A stretch of DNA of 64,000 bases, from assembly GCA_040290255.1 (NCBI GenBank), contig PSMU01000001.1, positions 320,001 to 384,000 of the forward strand. The letters run 5' to 3'. Position numbers and translations under genes: made by a program. The stretch comes from Nitrososphaerota archaeon (GTDB taxonomy: Archaea > Thermoproteota > Nitrososphaeria > PSMU01). Below are positions 28,450 to 37,927 of the stretch, one piece after another. The notes below the pieces were generated by a model. That model was given only the letters and a program-made list of their open reading frames with translations. It ran no database searches and had not been told where the DNA came from. How positions within the stretch are numbered: the stretch's first letter is position 1; each line of letters begins with the position of its first letter.

Positions 28450-29089
28450 GCGCGAGCCGCAGCTGCCCCCCCTCCTGAGGCTGCTGCTCAACCCCCTGCT
28501 GCTGAGGAGGGTGAGGCCCTGGGAGGTGAACCTGCTGGAGGCCCTGCAGCAGCTGAGGAGCTATGCGGAAAGGCTGGGCCGCCCGCTGCCGCTCTACGGC
28601 CTGGCCGTGCGCTCCTCCTCGCTCATCTACAGGCTGAAGGTCGAGACGCTCTTCGAGGAGCCGGCCAAGAGGAGGGCCCCGCCGCGGGCCTCTTCGCTGG
28701 CCCCCCCGCCCATCCTGGACAGGCTGTCCATGCCCTTTAGGAGGGAGCCCGCGCTCGTGAGCGTGGAGGAGCTGCTGGCCGCCCTGGAGGAGCTGCTCAG
28801 GGAGGAGCCCTCGGCCCCCCAGGCCCCGCGCGCCCTTGAGCCCCTCGAGCAGCCCCAGCCCCAGGAGCTGCTCTCGGCCTCGCTCGCCCGCCACCTGCAG
28901 GAGCTGAGGCTTCGCATCCTGGAGCTCTCGGGCGTGAGGGGCGAGCTGCTCTTCAGCCAGCTCGTGGCCGGCCTAGGGGCGCAGGAGGCCGCCAGGGCCT
29001 TTCTCTGCCTCCTCTTCCTGGCCCAAGAGGGCGCCGTGCTGCTGGAGCAGCAGGAGGAGGAGATAAGGGTCGTGCCCGTGGGCGCATAG
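28436..29089 (+). CDS. scpA: Kleisin ScpA
   Basis: PWEVNL..L, SSLIYRLKVE and C-terminal wHTH FLCLLFLAQEG..LEQ; lies between smc and scpB; start uncertain (CTG 28436 or GTG 28511). Confidence 0.85.
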   Translation: MEGAEREPQLPPLLRLLLNPLLLRRVRPWEVNLLEALQQLRSYAERLGRPLPLYGLAVRSSSLIYRLKVETLFEEPAKRRAPPRASSLAPPPILDRLSMPFRREPALVSVEELLAALEELLREEPSAPQAPRALEPLEQPQPQELLSASLARHLQELRLRILELSGVRGELLFSQLVAGLGAQEAARAFLCLLFLAQEGAVLLEQQEEEIRVVPVGA

Positions 29090-29127
29090 GCGGCCGCGGT
29101 TATATAGCTCCGTGCACGCTAAGGGGC

Positions 29128-29631
29128 ATGGGCGGCGACCTGGAGGCGGAGCTGGAGGCCCTGCTCTATGCCACCAGCGTGCCGCTGGGCCTGGATGAGC
29201 TCGCCGCCCACCTGGGCACCTCGAGGAAGAGGGCCGAGCGCGCGCTAAAGGCCGTGGCGCAGAGGCTGAACGCCACGCTGAGGGCCCTGAGGGTGGCCGA
29301 GTACCCGGGCCGTAAGTACATCCTGGAGCTCAGGCCCGAGTTCGGCCGGCTCGCCGCGAAGGTCTCGGGCAGAAGGCTCCTCCCGAGGGCGGTGCTGAAC
29401 ACGCTGGCCTACGTGGCCTACTATCAGCCCATCAGCGCCTCCGAGCTGGCGCTGAAGAGGGGGAGCAGGGTCTATTCCCACCTGAAGGTGCTGGAGGCGC
29501 TGGGCTTCATAGCCTTCAGGAGGGAGGGGAGGAGGAGGCTCTGCTTCACCACCCCGCTCTTCGCGCGCTATTGGGGCCTGAGCGAGGACCCGGAGAGGAT
29601 GAAGAAGGAGCTCGCGAAGGTAAGCCTATAA
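29128..29631 (+). CDS. scpB: SMC-Scp complex subunit ScpB
   Basis: LEALLYA, TLAYVAYYQPI..SEL...RG and TTPLFARYWGL. Confidence 0.92.
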   Translation: MGGDLEAELEALLYATSVPLGLDELAAHLGTSRKRAERALKAVAQRLNATLRALRVAEYPGRKYILELRPEFGRLAAKVSGRRLLPRAVLNTLAYVAYYQPISASELALKRGSRVYSHLKVLEALGFIAFRREGRRRLCFTTPLFARYWGLSEDPERMKKELAKVSL

Positions 29632-29654
29632 AAGGGCTTCGCGGGCGGCCGGGC

Positions 29655-30041
29655 ATGGCCAGGAACATCCTCAAGCGCCGCCACACGGGGGCCAAGCCCA
29701 AGCCCTTCAGGGGCAGGAGAAAGCATGAGAGGGACAGGCCCCCCATCCTGACCCGGCTGGGCCCCCTGGAGGTGGTGAGGAGGAGGGCGAGGGGGGGCTC
29801 CTTTAAGCTGGGGCTGAAGAGCGCGGACTTCGCCAACGTGTACGATCCCGAGGCCAAGGCCGTAAAGAGGGCCAAGGTGATCAGGGTGCTGGAGAACCCC
29901 GCGGGCGGCGACCTGCAGAGGATGGGCATCATCACCAGGGGCGCCATAATAGAGACCGAGCTGGGCAGGGCAAGGGTCACCTCCAGGCCCTCACAGCATG
30001 GCGTGCTGAACGCGGTCCTGCTGCCCAAGGAGGGGGCGTGA
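29655..30041 (+). CDS. rps8e: 30S ribosomal protein S8e
   Basis: KRRHTG, RARGG, NPA and IITRGAIIETELGRARVTSRPSQHG. Confidence 0.96.
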   Translation: MARNILKRRHTGAKPKPFRGRRKHERDRPPILTRLGPLEVVRRRARGGSFKLGLKSADFANVYDPEAKAVKRAKVIRVLENPAGGDLQRMGIITRGAIIETELGRARVTSRPSQHGVLNAVLLPKEGA

Positions 30042-30343
30042 AGGACTACGGCCGCTATATCATATGGCTGGACTACCTTGACTCAAGGCTCAGCAGGGCC
30101 CAGGGCCGGCGCCTTCAGGTGAGCCGCTGCGTGCCCGCGCCCACGCTGGAGGAGCTGGCCCAGGCGGCGAGGGCGCTGGGCCTGGAGGCCGAGGCGCAGG
30201 AGGCCCGGCACCCCCGCCGACACCGCGTGAGGTCGGGCTATATCTCGGTGAAGAAGCCCGGCATGGGCAAGGGCCGGCTGCTGCAGGCCCTGGCCCAGGA
30301 GCTGGCCAGGATGAGGGGTGAGCGGGCAAGGCGAGGAGGCTAG
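30038..30343 (+). CDS. srp19: Signal recognition particle 19 kDa protein
   Basis: IIWLDYLDSRLSRAQGRR...PTLEEL..AA..LG...HPR. Confidence 0.93.
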   Translation: MKDYGRYIIWLDYLDSRLSRAQGRRLQVSRCVPAPTLEELAQAARALGLEAEAQEARHPRRHRVRSGYISVKKPGMGKGRLLQALAQELARMRGERARRGG

Positions 30344-30578
30344 GCCGGTGGGCAGGGCCCTTCACGTGGCCCACAGCGGCGCGCTCATCGTCAAGCTTCA
30401 GCGGCCCGTGCCCGTGGGGGCGGTGCTGGTGGATGAGCGCGGAAGGCCCGTGGGGAGGGTGACGTCGCTGCTGGGCCCCGTCGCGTCGCCCTACGCCTCC
30501 GTGAGGGTGATGACCGATAGAGTTAAAAGGGTGCTGGGCAAATACTTGTATCTCAAGCCAGGCTTGGCCCAGGGGTGA
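30318..30578 (+). CDS. gar1: H/ACA RNP component Gar1
   Basis: VGRVTSLLGPVASPYASV; conserved position between srp19 and tfb. Confidence 0.88.
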   Translation: MSGQGEEARPVGRALHVAHSGALIVKLQRPVPVGAVLVDERGRPVGRVTSLLGPVASPYASVRVMTDRVKRVLGKYLYLKPGLAQG

Positions 30579-31516
30579 AGGGCTTGTTCAGCTCTGAGGA
30601 GAGGCCGAACTCATGCCCCTTATGCAAGCGGCCGCTCGTGGGCGACCCCGAGAAGGGGGAGGAGGTCTGCCCCCAGTGTGGCATCGTGCTGCAGGAGAGG
30701 CTCGTGGACGCCAGGCCCGAGTGGAAGGCCATCGACCTGGAGGAGAAGGAGAAGAGGGTGCGCGCGGGCTATCCGCTCACGCTCACGCAGCACGATTATG
30801 GCCTCTCGACCTTCATACCCACCAACGATGCCGAGATGAGCGGCGTGAGCGCGGAGCTCAGGGGCGATGCCTACCGCCTCTCCAAGTGGCAGCGCAGGAT
30901 CAGGACCACGAGCCCGGAGGATAGGAGCCTCATGGCCCTGCTGAACCGCCTGAACGAAGCGGTCGAGGTGCTGCACCTGCCCGGGCACGTGGCGGAGACG
31001 GCCGCGCACATCATAAGGTCGGCCGTGAAGACGAGGATCGCGAAGAGCAGGTCGGTCTCGGGGATCGTGGGGGCGGCCATCTATCTGGCCTGCAGGAAGT
31101 GCAATGTGAGCAGGATGATGGAGGAGATCAGCGGGCCCCTGCAGATCGACAGGAACCTGCTGGGCTACTATTACCGCTATTTGGTCCGCATGCTCGAGGG
31201 CAGCGCGGTGCCCCTGATCCCCATCGAGAACTACATAAAGAAGGTGACCGATAAGCTGGGCGCGGGCGCGGACGTGGAGCGCCTCGCGATAGAGCTCGCG
31301 AAGCGCACGAAGGACTCGGAGCTGGCGGACGGCAAGTCGCCCATGGGCCTCGCCGCGGCCTACGTTTACCTCTCGCTCATCCTGCTCAGCAAGCCCGTGC
31401 CCCAGAGGGAGGTGGCCGACGTGGCCGGCGTCACGGAGGTGACGCTCAGGAACAGGTACAAGGAGCTGCTGCAGCGCTATACGCTCGTGCAGGTGCTGCA
31501 GAGCGAGGAGCCCTAG
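30575..31516 (+). CDS. tfb: Transcription initiation factor IIB
   Basis: Zn ribbon CPLC/CPQCG, PEWK, HDYGLST, cyclin repeats and AGVTEVTLRNRYKEL. Confidence 0.95.
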   Translation: MKGLFSSEERPNSCPLCKRPLVGDPEKGEEVCPQCGIVLQERLVDARPEWKAIDLEEKEKRVRAGYPLTLTQHDYGLSTFIPTNDAEMSGVSAELRGDAYRLSKWQRRIRTTSPEDRSLMALLNRLNEAVEVLHLPGHVAETAAHIIRSAVKTRIAKSRSVSGIVGAAIYLACRKCNVSRMMEEISGPLQIDRNLLGYYYRYLVRMLEGSAVPLIPIENYIKKVTDKLGAGADVERLAIELAKRTKDSELADGKSPMGLAAAYVYLSLILLSKPVPQREVADVAGVTEVTLRNRYKELLQRYTLVQVLQSEEP

Positions 31517-31519
31517 CCC

Positions 31520-32113
31520 ATGCGCCTGGCGGAGGCGAGGGCCGATGCCTTTAGGCGCCTAGCCAGGAGGGAGGGGTACCGCAGCAGGGCGGCCTACAAG
31601 CTGCTGGAGCTGGACAGGAGGTTCGGGCTCCTCGCGCCGGGCATGAGGGTGCTCGACCTGGGCGCGGCGCCGGGCTCATGGCTCCAGGTGGCCTCCAGCA
31701 GGGTGGGGCGCGGCGGCCTCGTGGTGGGCGTGGACCTCCTCGAGATAAAGCCCGTGGCCCCGAACGTGATCACGCTCAGGGCGGACCTGCGCGATAGGGC
31801 CCTCCTGGACCAGCTAAGGCCCCATGCCCCCTTCGACCTCATCCTCTTCGATGCATCGCCCAACCTCACGGGCATCGCGGAGGCCGATGCGCGCAGGCAT
31901 GGGGAGCTGCTGCTCTCGGCGGCGGGCCTGACGGCCGGGCTGCTGAGGGAGGGCGGCGCGGGGGTCTACAAGCTCTTCGAGCACCAGGAGCTGCGGGAGG
32001 CGGAGGCGGCGCTCCGGGCCCTCTTCTCCTCGGCGAGGCGCTACAAGCCCGGGGCCTCCAGGAGGAGGGGGAGGGAGCTGTACCTGGTCTGCAGGGGCTT
32101 CAGGGGAGCTTGA
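31520..32113 (+). CDS. rlmE: 23S rRNA 2'-O-methyltransferase RlmE/FtsJ
   Basis: GYRSRAAYKL, LDLGAAPGSW, K and KPGASR..GRELY. Confidence 0.93.
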   Translation: MRLAEARADAFRRLARREGYRSRAAYKLLELDRRFGLLAPGMRVLDLGAAPGSWLQVASSRVGRGGLVVGVDLLEIKPVAPNVITLRADLRDRALLDQLRPHAPFDLILFDASPNLTGIAEADARRHGELLLSAAGLTAGLLREGGAGVYKLFEHQELREAEAALRALFSSARRYKPGASRRRGRELYLVCRGFRGA

Positions 32114-33251
32114 GCGCCGCCTCCAGCAGCGCCTCGGGCGGGGCCTCGGTCCTGAGGCCCGTGGGATCAAGGCTGGTGCGCGCGCTCCTCCAGCCCCCCT
32201 CGGCCAGCAGCTGAAGGAGCCCCTGGAGAGGGGGCGAGCTCCTCCTGAGCCTTCTGCCCAATTCGGCCAGCGTATAATAGCCCACCGGCAGGCCCGCCTC
32301 CTGTAGCGCCGTGGCCAGCAGCCTCTCGGCTTGGGGATACGCGCCCCTGGGCATGCGGGCCAGGGCCTCCGAGAGCAGGCGGGCATCGAAGAGGGGCCCT
32401 ATCCAGAGCGGGCCCGCCCTGCTCACCTCCCTCCCGCAGGAGGCGCAGGCCGCCGGCGGCTCCTCGGAGGCATAGCGGTGCAGGCCCGCTGCACAGCGCA
32501 CGTAATACCCCATGCCCTTGGCCGCTTCATCCGCCCTCGCGGCCCCCCTCTCGAAGGCCACGAAGGCCCTGATGTAGTGCCTGGTCACGTGGGCGAAGAG
32601 GGGCCTTATGCCCCCCTCCAGCCTCATCGCGGCCTGCGCGCTGGCGCCGTAGAGGAGCCGGACCGCGATCTCCCTGGCCTCCTCGCACCTCAGCGAGGTG
32701 CCCCCATACCTCCTCTTGGCCACGAGCGGGTGAAGGCCCATCAGCGCGGCCGTGTCCGTGGCGGAGAAGGCCAGCACGCCCCCCAGCCGCACGGCCCTCA
32801 GCCCCGCCTCCAGGAAGGGCGCGGGGGAGCCGAAGGGGTCTATATCGACCACGAGGAACCGCTCCCCCCTTCTCGCCCTCTCCGCCATGAGGTAGACCGC
32901 CTCCTCCACGGTGAAGGAGCAACGGGCCTCCACGCCGTTGAGCCGCGCCGCCTCCTTGGCCAGCTCGATGGCATAGGGGTTCAGGTCGTTGAGGTGGGCG
33001 AAGTCCATGCCCGCCTCCACCAGCACCCTGAGCCCCCTGGCCCCCACGCCCGCGAGCGCGTCCAGGTAGTTATGAGGGGGCGGCGCCAGCTGCCTGAGCG
33101 CGCCGCAGAGCAGCACCGTGACATCCCTTCCCAACCTGGCATGGGGGTTGAAGAAGGCCGGCGCGGCCGGCGGGGCCGGGGAGCTCAGCGAGCCGCTCGG
33201 CACGAGCAGCCTGGTGCGCCCCTCCACATATTCGCTGAGCTCGGCCCCCAT
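32100..33251 (-). CDS. trm1: tRNA (guanine26-N2)-dimethyltransferase
   Basis: FFNP...RD, GARGLR, DIDPFGSP, ATDTA and GPLWIGPL. Confidence 0.94.
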   Translation of the reverse strand: MGAELSEYVEGRTRLLVPSGSLSSPAPPAAPAFFNPHARLGRDVTVLLCGALRQLAPPPHNYLDALAGVGARGLRVLVEAGMDFAHLNDLNPYAIELAKEAARLNGVEARCSFTVEEAVYLMAERARRGERFLVVDIDPFGSPAPFLEAGLRAVRLGGVLAFSATDTAALMGLHPLVAKRRYGGTSLRCEEAREIAVRLLYGASAQAAMRLEGGIRPLFAHVTRHYIRAFVAFERGAARADEAAKGMGYYVRCAAGLHRYASEEPPAACASCGREVSRAGPLWIGPLFDARLLSEALARMPRGAYPQAERLLATALQEAGLPVGYYTLAELGRRLRRSSPPLQGLLQLLAEGGWRSARTSLDPTGLRTEAPPEALLEAALKLP

Positions 33252-33285
33252 GCCAAGCTTTAAGCCCCGGCCGCATATATTATGC

Positions 33286-33927
33286 GTGCTGCTGGGCGGC
33301 GTGGACGAGGCGGGCAGGGGGGCCGTCCTGGGCCCCCTCGTGGTGGCCGGCGTCTGCCTCAGGCCCGATGCGCTTACCCTGCTGCGCGGGCTGGGCGTCA
33401 GGGACTCCAAGAGGCTCACGGCATCGGCCAGGCAGCGGCTCTTCCCCCTGCTCCTAAGGGCCTGTGTGAGGGTGGAGGTGGAGGAGCTGCCCCCCTCGCT
33501 GGTGGACAGCTATGTGGCGGGCCCGCAGGGCCCTAGGGGGCTGAACAGGCTCGAGGCGCTGGCGATGGCCCGGGTAATAGCCCGGCTGGGCGCTACGAGG
33601 GTCTACGTCGACAGCCCCGACCTAAGGCCCCTAAGGTTTAGGAGGCAGCTCAGGGAGGCGCTGAAGAGCCCTCCCAGGCTCACGGTGGCACACCATGCGG
33701 ACGGCCGCTACCTGCCCGTCGCCGCGGCCTCCATCGTGGCCAAGGTGCTCAGGGATAGGCGCCTGGCCGAGCTTAGGGCCCATGGGGAGGTGGGCTCGGG
33801 CTATCCGGCCGATCCCGCCACGAGGCGCTTCCTCGCCTCCTGGCTCGCGCGCCACGGGAACCCGCCCCCCTTTGCCAGGAGCAGCTGGGGGACGCTCAAG
33901 AAGCTAAGGGCGCCGCGCCAGGATTAG
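33286..33927 (+). CDS. rnhB: Ribonuclease HII
   Basis: GVDEAGRGAVLGPL, VRDSKRL, AAASIVAKV.RD and GSGYPADP. Confidence 0.96.
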   Translation: MLLGGVDEAGRGAVLGPLVVAGVCLRPDALTLLRGLGVRDSKRLTASARQRLFPLLLRACVRVEVEELPPSLVDSYVAGPQGPRGLNRLEALAMARVIARLGATRVYVDSPDLRPLRFRRQLREALKSPPRLTVAHHADGRYLPVAAASIVAKVLRDRRLAELRAHGEVGSGYPADPATRRFLASWLARHGNPPPFARSSWGTLKKLRAPRQD

Positions 33928-34590
33928 CAGGTGCTCCTTATCGAAGGGCTCGAGCCTGACCCTCTCCTCGACCCTAAAGCCGGCCGCCTGAAGCTTTGCC
34001 TCCTCCTCGCCGAAGATCCTCTCCGCGCTCTTCACGGCATCGATGCTCCTGGCCTTCACGATGAGCAGCAGCGCCCCTCCCTCCGCCAGGTAATGCTCGG
34101 CGTTCAGCAAGGCGATCTCGGTCTCATCGGGCTGCGCTATATCGCAGTAGAGCGCATCGGCCAGCCTGTCGATGGAGGCGTAATGCGTGGGCCTCCTCGC
34201 ATCCTCCACGATGGGCACGACGTTTCTCCTGTGGCGCACCACCCTTTCATAAAGCTCCCGCACCACCCGCGGCGAGACCTCGACGGCGAAGACGAGGCCG
34301 CGCTCCCCTACGATGTCCGAGACGTGGCTCACGGTGGTGCCGGAGGCGGCGCCGAGATACAGCACGCAGGCCCCCGGCCTTATGGGCAGCGCGCGAAGGC
34401 CGTTGATGAGCGCGGCGGCCAGCTTGCTCCTGAAGGGATCCCAGAGCCTGAACTCCTCGCCCTCATGCCTTATCAGCGCTTCGCCATAGACGCTGGTGCC
34501 CGGGGCCAGGTTCTTGGTCAGGGGCCGGCTTCCCCCACCTTCCTCGCCCCAGAAGACGCCGGGGAACCTAGCGTCGGGCTTCACGTCCAT
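33904..34590 (-). CDS. flpA: Fibrillarin-like rRNA/tRNA 2'-O-methyltransferase
   Basis: VYGE, WDPFRSKLAA, LYLGAASGTTVSHVSD and DIAQP. Confidence 0.97.
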   Translation of the reverse strand: MDVKPDARFPGVFWGEEGGGSRPLTKNLAPGTSVYGEALIRHEGEEFRLWDPFRSKLAAALINGLRALPIRPGACVLYLGAASGTTVSHVSDIVGERGLVFAVEVSPRVVRELYERVVRHRRNVVPIVEDARRPTHYASIDRLADALYCDIAQPDETEIALLNAEHYLAEGGALLLIVKARSIDAVKSAERIFGEEEAKLQAAGFRVEERVRLEPFDKEHLLILARRP

Positions 34591-34593
34591 GGC

Positions 34594-35781
34594 CTACGCG
34601 CGCCTGCGCCGCTTATAGCCCTTCTCCCCCCTCTTGGCGGGCAGGGGGGGCTTGGCGTACTTCTGCCTCAGCTCGGCCAGCTTCTCCTCCAGCTTCGCCT
34701 TCAGGCCCTCCTCTGCCTCGCCCTTGAAGTAATCGATGCGGGCGGCGATGGCGAGCAGGTTCGCGAAGAGCCTGGCTATCTTGCCCCTCTGCCACTTCGG
34801 CGCGCCGTGCACGAGCGGGTGCTGAAAGAGGATGCCGTGCTTGGGGGGCCTCGTGCCGGTCCTCAGGGCCCTGAAGAGCGCCTTCTCCGCGCCTAAGACC
34901 TGTATCGTGCTGGCGGGGAGGCTGGCCAACCGCTCTAGGCTGCCCACCTTGGCCAGCAGCTTCGCGCCCACCAGCGCGCCCACGAGCTGGGTGATGTTCG
35001 GCGCCAGGCGCTCCATGTTCCTCTGCACATAGGAGGAGAGCTCCCTCCTAAGGGCGAGCATGCTCAGCAGCAGCCCGGCCAGCGCGGCCACCTCCCTCAG
35101 GTCCTCCTCCCTGACCTCCGCCCCCTTGCTCTCCCTCGCCGCCCTCGCGAGGGCCTCGGCCTCCTGCGACCCCAGCCCCAGCCTCGCCAGGGCCGCGGGG
35201 GCGATGAGCTCCCTCCTGCCTATCGCCTGAACGACCCTGGCATAGAGCTCCATGTCCGTGACGCGCAGCTCCAGCTCGGGAAAGTGAAGGCCGTACCACT
35301 CCCTGAGCCTGGCCCAGAGGATGTTAGAGGCCTTATCCAGCTCCTCCACGGCCCTCACGGCCTCTATGACGTGCCTCTCGGGCTTGGCCGCGAACTCCCT
35401 GAGCCTCCTCTCCAGCCTCTCCAGCGCGAACGCCCTTATCAGCTCAAGCGCCTCCCCCTCCCCTTGGGCCAGGCCGGCCTGCTGCAGGAGCTTGGGCCTG
35501 AGGGCCGTGAGCTGCCTCCAGGCGGCGGGCTCGATGGTCCTGGCCCTGAAGCCCCTGCGCTGCGCGAGCTGCACGAGCCCCGAGGTGGGCACGCCCAGCT
35601 CCTCGACCCTTAGCCCCCTCGCGCGCTCCAGCAGCTCGGCCACCTCCCTGACCTCCTCCCCCTCCAGGAGCCTCTCCAGCGCGTAGACCCTATCGGAGGC
35701 GAAGGGCTCATAGTCCAGCAGGTCCCCCTGGGGCCCCACGAGTGCTATTCCTCCCTCGAGCGGCAGCAGATAGGCCTGCAC
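34594..35781 (-). CDS. nop5: C/D box RNP protein Nop5 (Nop56/58)
   Basis: LREWYGLHFPEL, APN, PASTIQVLGAEKALF and PPKHG. Confidence 0.96.
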   Translation of the reverse strand: MQAYLLPLEGGIALVGPQGDLLDYEPFASDRVYALERLLEGEEVREVAELLERARGLRVEELGVPTSGLVQLAQRRGFRARTIEPAAWRQLTALRPKLLQQAGLAQGEGEALELIRAFALERLERRLREFAAKPERHVIEAVRAVEELDKASNILWARLREWYGLHFPELELRVTDMELYARVVQAIGRRELIAPAALARLGLGSQEAEALARAARESKGAEVREEDLREVAALAGLLLSMLALRRELSSYVQRNMERLAPNITQLVGALVGAKLLAKVGSLERLASLPASTIQVLGAEKALFRALRTGTRPPKHGILFQHPLVHGAPKWQRGKIARLFANLLAIAARIDYFKGEAEEGLKAKLEEKLAELRQKYAKPPLPAKRGEKGYKRRRRA

Positions 35782-35995
35782 GGCCTTAACTGCGGGCGGG
35801 CGTTATAAAAGATGGGCGCCGGGCCAACTTAACTTAATAAGCGCAAGGGCCCCCAACCTTTTGCCCTTGACGGGGAAGGCGGCTGGCGCTGCCGCTGCTT
35901 CTGCTCTTCGCGCGCTGCGGCTTGCCAGAAGGCTGCGCTGGGCCCCTGCTCGCGTCACGGCTCAGGTTTAAAGCCAGGCGCCGGCCGGTCTGGGC

Positions 35996-36907
35996 ATGCC
36001 TTCGCTTGAAACGGAGCTGGTGGGCCTTAGGCTGAAGCACCCCTTCATGAATGCCTCCGGCTTCTACGGCATCACGGCGCCGCTGCTAAGGCGCGTCTAC
36101 GAAGCTGGCGCCAGCGCCGTCCTGACCAAGTCCACCAGCCTCCGCCCCGTGGCGGGCTATGATAACCCCACGATGGTCGAGCTGGCCGTCGGATACCTGA
36201 ACGCGATAGGCCTCTCGAGCCCCGGGGCGGAGGAGCTGGCGAAGGAGCTCTCCTCCCCCCTGCTCTCGGGCGTGCCGGTTATAGCGAGCATCTTCGGCTC
36301 CAGCCCCGAGGAGATGGCGGCCGCGGGGGCCCTCTTGGCCCAGGTGCCCTGCGTAAAGGCGCTCGAGATCAACCTCTCCTGTCCTCATGTCAGGGGCGTG
36401 GGGCTGGAGGTGGGCTCGGACCCCGACCTCGTGGCCGAGATCACGCACCGGGTCAAGGCGGCCGTGAGGGTGCCGGTGATCGTGAAGCTGAGCCCCAACG
36501 TGGCGGATATAGTAGAGATCGCCGCGGCGGCGGAGAAGGCGGGCGCCGACGCCCTCACGGCCGTCAACACGCTGAAGGCCCTGGCCGTGCATCCGGAGCT
36601 CAAGAGGCCCCTGCTCTCCCATGCCTACGGCGGGCTCTCGGGCCCCGCGCTTAAGCCCGTGGCCCTGCGCTGCGTCTACGAGCTCTACGAGCACGTGAAG
36701 GTCCCCATCATAGGCTGCGGGGGCATAGAGGGCCCGCTGGACGCCGTGGAGTTCCTGCTCTGCGGGGCCAGGGCGCTTCAGGTGGGCTCGGCCCTCGCCA
36801 AGAGGGGCCCGGGCCTATTCTCGGAGCTGGCCCAGGGGCTCGCTTCTTATATGGAGAGGGAGGGCTTCCGTGATATAGGGGAGCTGGTGGGGCTGGCGCA
36901 TGGCTGA
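35996..36907 (+). CDS. pyrD: Dihydroorotate dehydrogenase, catalytic subunit (family 1B)
   Basis: NASG, NAIGL, EINLSCPH, VKLSPN and GGLSG. Confidence 0.96.
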   Translation: MPSLETELVGLRLKHPFMNASGFYGITAPLLRRVYEAGASAVLTKSTSLRPVAGYDNPTMVELAVGYLNAIGLSSPGAEELAKELSSPLLSGVPVIASIFGSSPEEMAAAGALLAQVPCVKALEINLSCPHVRGVGLEVGSDPDLVAEITHRVKAAVRVPVIVKLSPNVADIVEIAAAAEKAGADALTAVNTLKALAVHPELKRPLLSHAYGGLSGPALKPVALRCVYELYEHVKVPIIGCGGIEGPLDAVEFLLCGARALQVGSALAKRGPGLFSELAQGLASYMEREGFRDIGELVGLAHG

Positions 36908-37721
36908 GCACTATCACAGGCGCGTGCTCATAGAAGCGGCTCAGAGGAGGGATGAGAATACCGTGACGCTGCTCTTCAGGGACGGGGCCTGCTCCAGGGC
37001 CAGGCCAGGGCAGTACGTGATGCTCTGGGCCCCGGGCAGGGGAGAGTTTCCGCTGAGCCTCTCCCACGCATATCCCGGCGAGGGGCTGGCCGGCGTGACG
37101 ATAAGGGCCAGGAGCGAGAGGGCCCGCGCCTTTCTGGGGCTGAGCCCGGGCGAGGCCGTAGGCATCAGGGGCCCCCTGGGGACCTCCTTCAGCATCAAGG
37201 ACGGGCGAGCGCTGCTGGTGGGCGGGGGCACGGGGCTGGCGCCGCTGCACCTCCTGGCCCGGGAGCTGGCGCTGCAGGGCCCGGGTCCCACGCTGATCGC
37301 GGCCGCCCGGACCTCCTCTGAGCTGCTCTTCAGGGAGGAGCTCGAGGCCCTGGCCGCGGCGGGCCGCCTCAGGCTGATCTATGCGACGGAGGATGGCAGC
37401 GCCGGCCAGCGCGGCCTGGCCACGGACGTGTTCGAGCAGGAGCTGAAGAGGGCAGCCCCCTCGGCGGTCTACGCCTGCGGCCCCGAGCCGATGGTGGCGC
37501 GCATCGTTAAGAGGGCGCTGGAGCAGGGCCTATATGTGGAGGCCAGCCTGGAGCGCCCCTTCAAGTGCGCCCTAGGGGCCTGCGGCGCCTGTGGCCTGGG
37601 CCGTTACCTGCTCTGCAGGGAGGGGCCCGTGCTGGGGCCAAGGCAGCTGGCGGAGGTGGCCGACGAGCTCGGCATATATACCAGGGACCACAGCGGCAGG
37701 AGGGTAAAGCTGCACGCCTAA
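36900..37721 (+). CDS. pyrK: Dihydroorotate dehydrogenase electron transfer subunit
   Basis: PGQYVMLW, RGPLG, GGGTGLAP, CGPEPM and CALGACGAC...C 2Fe-2S motif. Confidence 0.95.
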   Translation: MAEHYHRRVLIEAAQRRDENTVTLLFRDGACSRARPGQYVMLWAPGRGEFPLSLSHAYPGEGLAGVTIRARSERARAFLGLSPGEAVGIRGPLGTSFSIKDGRALLVGGGTGLAPLHLLARELALQGPGPTLIAAARTSSELLFREELEALAAAGRLRLIYATEDGSAGQRGLATDVFEQELKRAAPSAVYACGPEPMVARIVKRALEQGLYVEASLERPFKCALGACGACGLGRYLLCREGPVLGPRQLAEVADELGIYTRDHSGRRVKLHA

Positions 37722-37779
37722 CCGCTCGCGGGGAGGTCCGTTACAAAAGCTTAAATCCCCAGTTCGCAGCTGGCGCATA

Positions 37780-37926
37780 ATGAGCACCGTCCAGGTCGAG
37801 GAGCCGCTCGAGGAGCTCCTGCCCCTGTGCGAGGCGAACCGCCAGCTGGTCGTCAACCCGCTGGCCTACGCCGCCAACGCCCACTTTAGGGTGGGGCCCC
37901 TCAGGCTCATAGACAAGGCTCCATAA
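37780..37926 (+). CDS. Small hypothetical protein (48 aa)
   Basis: MSTVQVEEPLEELLPLCEANRQLVVNPLAYAANAHFRVGPLRLIDKAP; host-like codons; TATA-like 'cttaaat' about 25 nt upstream; abuts the next gene. Confidence 0.55.
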   Translation: MSTVQVEEPLEELLPLCEANRQLVVNPLAYAANAHFRVGPLRLIDKAP

Positions 37927-37927
37927 T

